From Minisyncoccota bacterium (GTDB lineage Bacteria; Patescibacteriota; Microgenomatia; Levybacterales; UBA12049): a stretch of DNA of 37,457 bases. Position numbers and translations under genes: made by a program. This document shows positions 1 through 7,518 of the stretch, piece after piece. A model generated the notes under the pieces. That model did no database searches. It was not told where the DNA came from and was given only the letters and a program-made list of their open reading frames with translations. Within the stretch, counting starts at the first letter, position 1. Every line of letters begins with the position of its first letter. The stretch lies in the NCBI GenBank assembly GCA_025449795.1, contig JANWIQ010000053.1:1-37457 (forward strand), read 5' to 3'.

Positions 1-309
1 AACCCGACATGGGAAAATACGGAAGTGATAAAAGGTATTAAAGAATTAAAAGAGCTAAAGAACTCAAACGGTCCAGATCTACAGGTGTATGGAAGCGCTA
101 ATCTTATCCAGTCATTAATGGAGTATGATTTAGTGGATGAATTTTGGCTTAAAATATTCCCCCTCACTTTAGGTAGCGGAAAACGATTGTTTGATAAAGG
201 TACAATACCTGCTGCTTTCACACTCTTTCAGTCTAAAGTCACCCCAAGTGGTGTTATAATTACCTACTATAAGCGTGACGGTAAAGTCAAAACCCAAGAC
301 ATAGCATAA
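1..309 (+). CDS. Dihydrofolate reductase-family protein (RibD C-terminal domain-like); 5' end lies outside the window
   Basis: Frame 1 is open from base 1 (NPTWENTEVIKG...). The C-terminal pattern VYGSANLIQSLMEYDLVDEFWLKIFPLTLGSGKRLF...GVIITYY is typical of the RibD_C/DHFR-like family. Stop is at 307-309. Confidence 0.6.
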   Translation, partial: NPTWENTEVIKGIKELKELKNSNGPDLQVYGSANLIQSLMEYDLVDEFWLKIFPLTLGSGKRLFDKGTIPAAFTLFQSKVTPSGVIITYYKRDGKVKTQDIA

Positions 310-512
310 AAAGTTCCCACATAGTCCATTATCCCCAGCAAAAATTTTAGCCTTGAATTTTCATCGGTATTTATATCAAACCCTATCAAACAGGAGTTGG
401 ATTCGAACTGGTAGTCTAAAGATGATATGATTTATGGTAGACATTAAGACAAAGACCGCCCTTACTTGTCCGAAATGTGTGCCCTACTAATGCTTGTCAA
501 GTATGAAAAATC

Positions 513-541
513 TTGACTTATTTTCTATCCAGATGTATTAT
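513..541 (+). promoter_or_regulatory. Sigma70-like promoter for the arsR operon
   Basis: TTGACT (513-518), exact 17-nt spacer, TATTAT (536-541), 29 nt upstream of the ATG at 571. Confidence 0.55.
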
Positions 542-543
542 GC

Positions 544-567
544 AATTATTGAAGTCTATCAATAATT
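544..567. promoter_or_regulatory. Perfect 9-bp inverted repeat; candidate ArsR/SmtB operator
   Basis: AATTATTGA (544-552), 6-nt gap, TCAATAATT (559-567). It lies between the -10 box and the arsR start codon, the classic autoregulatory position. Confidence 0.45.
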
Positions 568-570
568 AAT

Positions 571-843
571 ATGTCAAAGCAAACTCTGAAAATTCTTAAA
601 GCATTAGGTGATGAAACACGAGTAGAAATTGTAAAACAATTAGTGCCTGTTAAGGAAATGACTTGCCAAGACTTAATGAAAAAATTTTCTCTTTCTCAGC
701 CAACTCTTTCACATCATTTTAATAAATTGGTAGAAGCTGGAATATTAGATTCAGAACGAAATGGAGTACTTTGGATTTATCGACTGCGGAAAAAATACTT
801 GAAAGAACAAGGCATTGATATTACAAAACTAGTAGCAAATTAA
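571..843 (+). CDS. ArsR/SmtB-family transcriptional regulator
   Basis: 90 aa. Winged-HTH signature LKALGDETRVEIVKQL...CQDLMKKFSLSQPTLSHHFNKLVEAGIL. Confidence 0.85.
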   Translation: MSKQTLKILKALGDETRVEIVKQLVPVKEMTCQDLMKKFSLSQPTLSHHFNKLVEAGILDSERNGVLWIYRLRKKYLKEQGIDITKLVAN

Positions 844-846
844 GAC

Positions 847-1533
847 ATGAAATTACAATTGATTGATAGAAAAACAGAAGTTTCCAACGTAGAATCCTTT
901 ATTTTTCAGCCTGAAGAGCCTCTATCCTGGAAAGCAGGACAATTTTTACATTATATTCTCCATCATGAGCCAACTGATGATAGGGGGTCTGATAGATGGT
1001 TTACTATTTCAGCAGCTCCCTTTGAAGGGCATGTTATGCTGACAACGCGATTTACTGATGAAAAAGGAAGTAGTTTTAAAAATAAGCTGAGAAATTTAAA
1101 AATTGGCAAATCAATAGAGGTATCTTTTCTGGAAGGAGATTTTACGCTTGAGGATCCAGAAAAAGAGCATGTATTTATTGCAGGAGGAATAGGTATTACT
1201 CCATTTAGATCTATTCTCAAGCAATTAGATCAGGATAAAAAACCTATAAATGTAACACTTCTTTACTCCAATAGGGACCAAAACATTGTGTACAAAGACG
1301 AATTAGAAGAAATTGCAAAGAGTAATTTAAATTTTAAAATTCACTATATTTTTTCCCCAGAACACATTGATGAGAAGAAAATTCGCGAGCTTATTCCAGA
1401 TATACAAAAACCAATCTTTTATATTTCAGGTCCAGAACCAATGGTAGAAAATTTGGGCACTCTTCTTAAAGGGATGGGTATAGCAGAGGATCATATCAAA
1501 CAAGATTGGTTTCCTGGCTATCCATTGGAGTAG
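847..1533 (+). CDS. FAD/NAD(P)-binding oxidoreductase (ferredoxin-NADP reductase-like fold)
   Basis: 228 aa. Carries an RxFTIS-type FAD motif (RWFTISAAP) and an NAD(P) motif (FIAGGIGITPFRSIL). Starts 3 nt after the arsR stop. Confidence 0.8.
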   Translation: MKLQLIDRKTEVSNVESFIFQPEEPLSWKAGQFLHYILHHEPTDDRGSDRWFTISAAPFEGHVMLTTRFTDEKGSSFKNKLRNLKIGKSIEVSFLEGDFTLEDPEKEHVFIAGGIGITPFRSILKQLDQDKKPINVTLLYSNRDQNIVYKDELEEIAKSNLNFKIHYIFSPEHIDEKKIRELIPDIQKPIFYISGPEPMVENLGTLLKGMGIAEDHIKQDWFPGYPLE

Positions 1534-1536
1534 TAT

Positions 1537-1875
1537 ATGCAGTCGTCTCATTTACAAAATAAACATTGTGTGCCTTGCGAAGGAGGAGAGCCACCATTAA
1601 CAGAAGAGCAGGAGAATGCATTAAAACCTCAGATTCCAACATGGTTACTACTGAGAGACACAGAGCATAGACTGCGTAAACAATTTACACTTAAAAATTT
1701 TAAAGAAGCGGTATCATTCGTAAATAGAGTAGCGAAAGTTGCAGAAGAAGAAGGGCATCATCCCGATATTTATATTTTTTATAACAAAGTGCAGATAGAT
1801 CTATTTACTCATGCGGTTGGTGGATTATCGAAAAATGACTTTATTATGGCTGCAAAAATTGATGAGCTTTCATAA
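1537..1875 (+). CDS. 4a-hydroxytetrahydrobiopterin (pterin-4a-carbinolamine) dehydratase
   Basis: 112 aa. Family hallmarks CVPCEGG...W...F.F.NF..A..F...VA..AE.EGHHPD...V.I.L.TH..GGLS.ND...AAKID. Confidence 0.85.
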   Translation: MQSSHLQNKHCVPCEGGEPPLTEEQENALKPQIPTWLLLRDTEHRLRKQFTLKNFKEAVSFVNRVAKVAEEEGHHPDIYIFYNKVQIDLFTHAVGGLSKNDFIMAAKIDELS

Positions 1876-2724
1876 ATGCAAAAGAATAATGGCCATAAGG
1901 TTAGACATAGTTCCTTTATTGATCTCTCAGATTATGCTAGGCCAATTGCTGTCTGGATAGCATTACAATTAAAAACTACACGTATACAAGTCTATCAAAT
2001 AACACTACTCCATTTTTTTCTAATGGTTATTGCAGCAGCATTAATTGCAGTAGGTGGATTATCCAATATTCTAATTGCCTCTCTTCTTATTCTATTAAAA
2101 AACATTTTCGACGCTGTTGATGGTTCGCTTGCTAGAATTCGCAATCGACCTTCAAGGGTGGGAAGATTTTTGGATAGCAATCTTGATTTCGTAGGGAATT
2201 TATTTCTGTTTTTATCCGTTACGTACGTCCCACTATGGATACGTGTCTTTGGTTTTTTGAGTTTTGTCATTCAAGGGAGTTTTTTTAATTTCTATTATAT
2301 ACTTTTTCGTAATACCAACCATGGAGATACAACAAGTAAAGTTAACGAAGACGATCAAAGTAATTACAGTTATGATAATCGTTTTATTTTAAAGATTTTA
2401 TATTTCTTTTATAAAATCTTTTATAAATGGCAAGATGCATTTGTTTTAATTGCGGATAGAGTTATAGGAAAAAGGGGAAGAACGATACCTGCTGTATTTG
2501 TTTCCTTTTTGAGTGTTAATGGCTTGGGATTTCAATATCTAATTTTTATCTTACTATTGTCGTTGCACCAACAAATAATACTTTTTCTCTGGTTTACTAT
2601 ATTTATGAATATCTATTTAGTAATACTGTTAGCGTATTTTAGATTTTTTATACGATCCTACAGCCAATGCAGGAGAGGCAAAGAATATAGCAAAGTCTCG
2701 AAAGAGTACATCCAGCACATTTAG
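1876..2724 (+). CDS. CDP-alcohol phosphatidyltransferase-family membrane protein
   Basis: 282 aa with multiple hydrophobic helices. Full signature DAVDGSLARIRNRPSRVGRFLDSNLD (D-G-x2-A-R-x8-G-x3-D-x3-D). The ATG directly abuts the upstream stop. The non-hydrophobic C-terminal tail probably reads into the adjacent gene remnant. Confidence 0.8.
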   Translation: MQKNNGHKVRHSSFIDLSDYARPIAVWIALQLKTTRIQVYQITLLHFFLMVIAAALIAVGGLSNILIASLLILLKNIFDAVDGSLARIRNRPSRVGRFLDSNLDFVGNLFLFLSVTYVPLWIRVFGFLSFVIQGSFFNFYYILFRNTNHGDTTSKVNEDDQSNYSYDNRFILKILYFFYKIFYKWQDAFVLIADRVIGKRGRTIPAVFVSFLSVNGLGFQYLIFILLLSLHQQIILFLWFTIFMNIYLVILLAYFRFFIRSYSQCRRGKEYSKVSKEYIQHI

Positions 2725-2737
2725 ATTTGCCGCAATT

Positions 2738-2970
2738 ATGGAACATTTGGTTAAAGCAAGAGCTCATGAAAACCAATATTTCTTTGTCGCAGTCGATAGA
2801 ACAGGCTCAGACCCAAATACTTCTTACTATGGTACAAATATTATTGCCAACCCATATGCTGAGGATGTAGCAAAGCACGAAGGCATATATAGATATGCAG
2901 AAATAACCAAAGATGATATAGTTACCTTGCATAAATTCTTACCTCTGGATGGCAGTTTCAAGAAAGAATA
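2738..2970 (+). pseudogene. C-terminal fragment of a carbon-nitrogen hydrolase (nitrilase superfamily) gene
   Basis: VKARAHENQYFFVAVDRTGSDPNTSYYGTNIIANPYAEDV...YAEITKDDIVTLHKFLP matches only the last ~80 aa of nitrilase-family enzymes (RARAxENQ block). No N-terminal Glu-Lys-Cys catalytic part is present upstream. Confidence 0.6.
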
Positions 2971-3137
2971 TACGAGCGATTTTTCAGGGCGAAAGAGAAA
3001 AAAGAAAGTGACATTCCTGGACTTGGTCTTGGATTATTTATTTCCACCGAAATTGTCAAACAGCATGGGGGCAGCTTTGGGTAAAAAGCATCGAAGGAAA
3101 AGGTTCTACATTTTACTTTAGTTTACCAATTACATAA
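2935..3137 (+). pseudogene. C-terminal fragment of a histidine kinase (HATPase_c G1/G2 boxes), frameshifted
   Basis: Frame 1 reads QERIYERFFRAKEKKESDIPGLGLGLFISTEIVKQHGGSF, then hits a stop. Shifting one base near 3084 continues WVKSIEGKGSTFYFSLPIT*. There are no HisKA or sensor parts upstream. Confidence 0.65.
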
Positions 3138-3425
3138 AGACAGGACAAATGTTAGTCGATAATCTTTCATATCTTTTCTGTGTTAGTGTAGCTATGCGAG
3201 AAAGATCATTGTGCTTGAATTTATCTCCATGGGTGGCGTCCTCCAGGCACCCGGGGCCAGAAGAAGATACCGGAATCCTCTTCCAAGGGAGTGATTGTTA
3301 CGAATTTTAAGCATGCGGGGGAAGCAAAGAGCAAAATAACTATAAGATATAAATGAGCTGAATCTAATTGGCCTCGAATAACCCCCTCTTTACGAAATAA
3401 CATGAGTACGATATAATGGGTTTTC

Positions 3426-3821
3426 ATGAAACGCAAGTCCTTAGCAAAATTAATAGATTACTCTCGGCTGAAGTTTAAAGTTCGGAAAGCAATGCGCTAT
3501 GATGATGTGGGAGACTATTTTGACTCCACCATTATTTCCTACGACATGGAAAACCCAGTTTTTCATAATGCGGTGATGCTGCATGAGTTTATCGAATATA
3601 CCCTCATCAAGTCTGCGGGCATTCCCGTGTCCCTTATTGACGCATTCGATACGAAAGATGACGCGCCGGACAAGCACAAAAAAGAATATCGGCTGTACTC
3701 CAAATATCACCGTATGGCAAATACCATTGAGCGCCATTTTATCGAGAATATGGGAATGGATTGGAAAGCGTACCAACGATCCGTGTACAAAATGCAAGTA
3801 AAAGTGAAGGCAAAAAGGTAG
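3426..3821 (+). CDS. Hypothetical protein (131 aa)
   Basis: Longest ORF at this locus. An antisense ORF of similar size exists, so coding status and strand are uncertain. I recognise no motif. Confidence 0.4.
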   Translation: MKRKSLAKLIDYSRLKFKVRKAMRYDDVGDYFDSTIISYDMENPVFHNAVMLHEFIEYTLIKSAGIPVSLIDAFDTKDDAPDKHKKEYRLYSKYHRMANTIERHFIENMGMDWKAYQRSVYKMQVKVKAKR

Positions 3822-3828
3822 ATTTCCC

Positions 3829-5244
3829 CTACATGACATCCCCTATTTTTACGTTAAAGGGTATTTTGTACAATCCTCTGTCCATGCCATAATTAAGCCT
3901 ATTAAGAATAGAGGTAGGATATCCCAGAGATAGATAGTCTGCTTTTGGACGATAATATGCCTCTACAAAAGAGAATTTATCAAGAGTTCTGTACATTCTA
4001 TTGACTGCCTCCTCAACAGATTTTCCCGATCCGGTAATTGCGGCAATGGTGTCTCCATATCCGATATTTATAAGTTTTTTCCCTTTTTTCCTTACATCCC
4101 AGAGCCAAATATCTTTTTCTACCTCAGGGGTAAAATCAACGGTGAGTCCGCCGAGAATTTGCTGGGTTTCATTATCGCGATGCAAATTAAAAATTTTAAT
4201 TGAGGAAGCAACGGTCCCGAGAGTAAATGGGTTTTTCTTTTGCATAACTTTTTCAAAAAATTCATGCACACTTCCAGATTGGGCAAATTCAGTGAGTGAT
4301 GAATTATATCCTGGCCGATTTGGACAAAACTCTCCAAAATACATTTTTCCATCCCTTTTATTAATAAGGATGGAAGCATCCCAATAAAAAAGTCCCTTGT
4401 GCGCTTTGGCGAGCTCATCGACAATTGGGGGGAATGCAATTTCGTTGATCCTGTCATCGTCTGCAATGGGAAAAACCAAATCCGCAGCACAGCCCGTCTG
4501 AATAGAAATATTGCCACTCCCTAGCGGTTTATTCTCAATAAGGATAGATGACCCAAGTGGGACGCCGTCATAGTAAAGTTTTTCCGGCGTGACTTCCATG
4601 ACCGATGGAATAAGTAATTCTAAAATAAATCCTTCCGAGCCATAGGACGCAGCATCTTTATCCAATACTTCCATGACTTGTCGTGCTGCAAGTGATGGTT
4701 CGTCAACGTCCGGGACGAAAGCATTTGCGCCGTCGTTATTGCTTTTTAGCACCCATACCTCATCTGTCTCGCTTAAGAATTTTTTTGCATCCGAGATGCT
4801 GGTAAATTCTTTTTTGCGGGCAATATTTAATTTTGTGTAATATTTTTTAACAAATTCTTTTGCCTTATCCCGATCTGTTTCATATAAATAGTCTTCATGG
4901 GTTGGAAAATTTCCATGAAATCCCAGGTCTTTAATTTGTTCTGCAAGCGCATAGAGTCCGTTGGTATCAAAAAAAATAAAATATTCCTCTGGATTTTTGT
5001 ATGATTTCATTTCTTTGAGGAGTTCTTCTGCAGGTCTTTTTTTTAGCATGCCATCAAATATGGAAAGGCGTTGTTCTTTGTCCTGCTTCTCTTCAAGGAT
5101 ATATTCTGTTTCTTCCTCAGACGTAAGGGTTTCCGTATCATTCACTTGCGCAAGTACCACGTCTTGTCCCTCCATTTGTAAATGCTGGGCAATAGGTGTT
5201 CCTGATCCATCAAAAGTAAATACAATATATTTCATACAATACAA
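3829..5244 (-). CDS. ATP-grasp protein, phosphoribosylamine-glycine ligase (PurD)-like
   Basis: 471 aa. ENKPLGSGNISIQTGCAA resembles the PurD DHKR..DGDxGPNTGGMGA block, and GLFYWDASILINKRDGKMYFGEFCPNRPG resembles the PurD G.LY.GLM....GPKVLEFNCRFGDPE block. An alternative start is MKYIVF at 5235. Confidence 0.65.
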   Translation of the reverse strand: MYCMKYIVFTFDGSGTPIAQHLQMEGQDVVLAQVNDTETLTSEEETEYILEEKQDKEQRLSIFDGMLKKRPAEELLKEMKSYKNPEEYFIFFDTNGLYALAEQIKDLGFHGNFPTHEDYLYETDRDKAKEFVKKYYTKLNIARKKEFTSISDAKKFLSETDEVWVLKSNNDGANAFVPDVDEPSLAARQVMEVLDKDAASYGSEGFILELLIPSVMEVTPEKLYYDGVPLGSSILIENKPLGSGNISIQTGCAADLVFPIADDDRINEIAFPPIVDELAKAHKGLFYWDASILINKRDGKMYFGEFCPNRPGYNSSLTEFAQSGSVHEFFEKVMQKKNPFTLGTVASSIKIFNLHRDNETQQILGGLTVDFTPEVEKDIWLWDVRKKGKKLINIGYGDTIAAITGSGKSVEEAVNRMYRTLDKFSFVEAYYRPKADYLSLGYPTSILNRLNYGMDRGLYKIPFNVKIGDVM

Positions 5245-5321
5245 TGTAACATATTTTTTAAAATAATAGTATTGGAAAATTACATGAGTGGTTAGTTTTT
5301 GCAGAAGGAGAAAATGAAGAT

Positions 5322-5735
5322 TTATGCTGCTTGCAGCATGCCAACGTGGTTACCCTCTGGGTCTTCAAATGAGACATAGCGTCCAACTCCAGGAATGTCA
5401 TCAATGGTATCAGGGCCTTTTGACCCGCCAAGAATTTTCCCACCTGATGCTTGTACCCTTTCCATAGCTTCTTCAAGATTGTCTACAGAGATTACCAAAT
5501 GTGGCATATTAAAGCCTTCCCTATCTTGATAATCAAAAAATCCTCCATTAATTGCGCCGGGTGTCTTGGGCATACGATTTTCACCCGTTTCTGTTGTCGC
5601 TGCCATGAGGTAATTTCCCATTTCAGGACCCATTAATGTCATCTGCCAGCCAAATGTGGAAGAGTAAAAGTCAGAAGCTCGTTTTTTGTCTTTCGCCGGC
5701 ATTTCAAAATGGACAACCGGATTCATTTTCGCCAT
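5322..5735 (-). CDS. VOC (glyoxalase/bleomycin-resistance/dioxygenase) family protein
   Basis: Start trimmed to MAKMNPVVHFEMPAKD (ATG at 5735). The pattern ...FY...FGW.......Y.......GGF........VISVDNLEEA...V.A.GGKI...........G.....F.DPEGN..G is typical of the VOC family. Confidence 0.8.
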   Translation of the reverse strand: MAKMNPVVHFEMPAKDKKRASDFYSSTFGWQMTLMGPEMGNYLMAATTETGENRMPKTPGAINGGFFDYQDREGFNMPHLVISVDNLEEAMERVQASGGKILGGSKGPDTIDDIPGVGRYVSFEDPEGNHVGMLQAA

Positions 5736-5828
5736 ATACACACTATCGCAGATACATTGTGAGAAATCAATAGGAAAACTGCGTTTCCCTTTACAACAAT
5801 CTATGGAATTTGATACAGTATACATAAT

Positions 5829-6221
5829 ATGTTTACTCCCCTTGCAACATTCTCCGGTTTCTCGGTAAATAGTTTGGAAAAAGCAAAAGAATTTTATGAG
5901 CAGACACTTGGTGTAGAAGTGGAAGATACCAAAGGTATGGGACTGAAATTGCATTTACCTGGCGGCAGTACTCTTTTTGTGTATGAAAAAGAAAACCATA
6001 CGCCGGCAACGTATACCATACTCAATTTTATTGTAGCAAATATTGATGAAGCAGTAGACACACTTTCCCAAAAAGGTGTGAAATTTGAAAGATATGAAGG
6101 CATGCCATTTACCCAAGACGAAAAAGGTATTGCCAGAGGACTAAAAAATGGCATGGGTCCTGATATTGCATGGTTTACTGACCCCGCTGGAAATGTATTG
6201 TCTGTACTGCAGGAAAAATAA
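5829..6221 (+). CDS. VOC (glyoxalase) family protein
   Basis: 130 aa. FSVNSLEKAKEFYEQTLG...NFIVANIDEAVDTLSQKGVKFE...WFTDPAGNVLSVLQ. Divergent from the neighbouring VOC gene. Confidence 0.8.
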   Translation: MFTPLATFSGFSVNSLEKAKEFYEQTLGVEVEDTKGMGLKLHLPGGSTLFVYEKENHTPATYTILNFIVANIDEAVDTLSQKGVKFERYEGMPFTQDEKGIARGLKNGMGPDIAWFTDPAGNVLSVLQEK

Positions 6222-6295
6222 ATAGATTATATTTCTGTAAGCATTTTTGCTCCCATCCTCTGAAGTTGTTCTTTTTGCGCTAACGATAGCAATAA

Positions 6296-7444
6296 CTATA
6301 GCCGGGACCGCGCTTGGTTTGCGTTAAATCTAATTGCCCAACGTCTCAGAAGTCCGTTATCTGTTATATTGAGCTCAGGAGTTATGTGTCTGCTGTCTTC
6401 TGTTAGTAGAATCTCATTAAGGGTTGGAGGCTTCTCGCCATAGACTGCATACCGCATTTGGATTGAATGAAGAAGCCCAAAAAAATCATGTGCGAGGTCT
6501 GAAATTGGTCTATTGGTTCCTTGTACTCGTAGTCCAACATCAAGCACTTTTATGTGATACTGATAAGGTAGTTGGCTATTGCCTTTTCGAGATCCTTCTC
6601 GCACAATCACCACATTATCTCGACCATGAAGGTCGAAATCTAAATTGTATTTATTTATCAAATCGCTTCTTAACTTACAATATTGTTCATATTCAGTTTG
6701 CAATGCTTCTAGTGCAGTATTATCCGAATTTTTTAGAGCAGCAACTTCATTGAGAGTCATAATAGTTTCATTGGGTATTTCTGGCATGATATGAATTGTT
6801 CTATTCAAAGGGATGTGTAAAAAATTACGAAATGAAACATGCCTAATTATTTGCGGAGTGGGTATGAGATTTGGTAAATCAAATATATTCATTTCTTCTT
6901 GTAGTACATCCAAATTATGATTTAGTTCATCTGCATGTTTCGGGTTGCTAGGATTTAAGAAAAATTTAGGGTCTGGGGAAAATTTTGCTCCCAGTTTTAC
7001 TACATATGACCTGTCGCCAGCGTGAAATCTATATACTAGTGAATTCCATCCTTTTCCCACGTACGTAATATCACCATATCTTGTATCAACTCCTCTTCTT
7101 GTAGAGCGTTCAGAAATTTCTCCAAAAATCTCTTGATATTCATTTGTGTCTTTTTCTCCATGGTCTTCCATGTACTTTTTGACTGCATCGAGTGCATGTA
7201 CGACAGTTTGCGTTCTGATATGTTCTTCAATAATTGGTGCTCTTTCCCAAACAGGAATTTTTCGAAAAAGTGCAAGGAGTGAATAGAAACCTCCCTCCAC
7301 TGCATTTGCTCCAAGCCCGATTCCAAAATGTTGCAATGGGCTCTGTCTTCGCTGCGTTAATTTGGGCCGCGGAGGATACGAAGGTGGCCGCACTATTGGT
7401 TTTTCTACGGTAGGTGCTCCCATAAGATAAGCCCATAATACCAC
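6296..7444 (-). CDS. Uncharacterised protein with a protein-kinase-like fold signature; probable N-terminal membrane anchor
   Basis: 382 aa from a GTG start. Glycine loop plus lysine in YVGKGWNSLVYRF...SYVVKL. Catalytic-loop-like DLHGRDNVVIV. DFG-like IKVLDVGL. The hydrophobic segment continues upstream of the called start (see findings). Confidence 0.55.
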   Translation of the reverse strand: MVLWAYLMGAPTVEKPIVRPPSYPPRPKLTQRRQSPLQHFGIGLGANAVEGGFYSLLALFRKIPVWERAPIIEEHIRTQTVVHALDAVKKYMEDHGEKDTNEYQEIFGEISERSTRRGVDTRYGDITYVGKGWNSLVYRFHAGDRSYVVKLGAKFSPDPKFFLNPSNPKHADELNHNLDVLQEEMNIFDLPNLIPTPQIIRHVSFRNFLHIPLNRTIHIMPEIPNETIMTLNEVAALKNSDNTALEALQTEYEQYCKLRSDLINKYNLDFDLHGRDNVVIVREGSRKGNSQLPYQYHIKVLDVGLRVQGTNRPISDLAHDFFGLLHSIQMRYAVYGEKPPTLNEILLTEDSRHITPELNITDNGLLRRWAIRFNANQARSRL

Positions 7445-7518
7445 CGCAAGTAAGAAAAAGCAAAAAAATCTTAGAGTGTTTTCTGGAAAACAAATGACAA
7501 ATAGTATAAAATCTCTGA

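Noticed and set aside
399-410. GGATTCGAACTG shared between 399-410 and 35740-35751, which looks like a reverse-complemented tRNA T-arm.
   Set aside because: Neither site folds into a tRNA on either strand, because the T-stem pairs fail. A 12-mer match is expected by chance dozens of times in a 37-kb AT-biased window.
3221-3436. 71-aa minus-strand ORF, and a 38-aa plus-strand ORF, in the 3138-3425 gap.
   Set aside because: There is no RBS and no recognisable motif, and the composition is odd. The region is treated as non-coding or unexplained.
5736-5954. The 73-aa N-terminal extension of the VOC gene (the tracked ORF is 5322-5954).
   Set aside because: The extension is Cys/Phe-rich nonsense that overlaps the divergent VOC gene start. 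The VOC domain begins at MAKMNPVVHFEMP.
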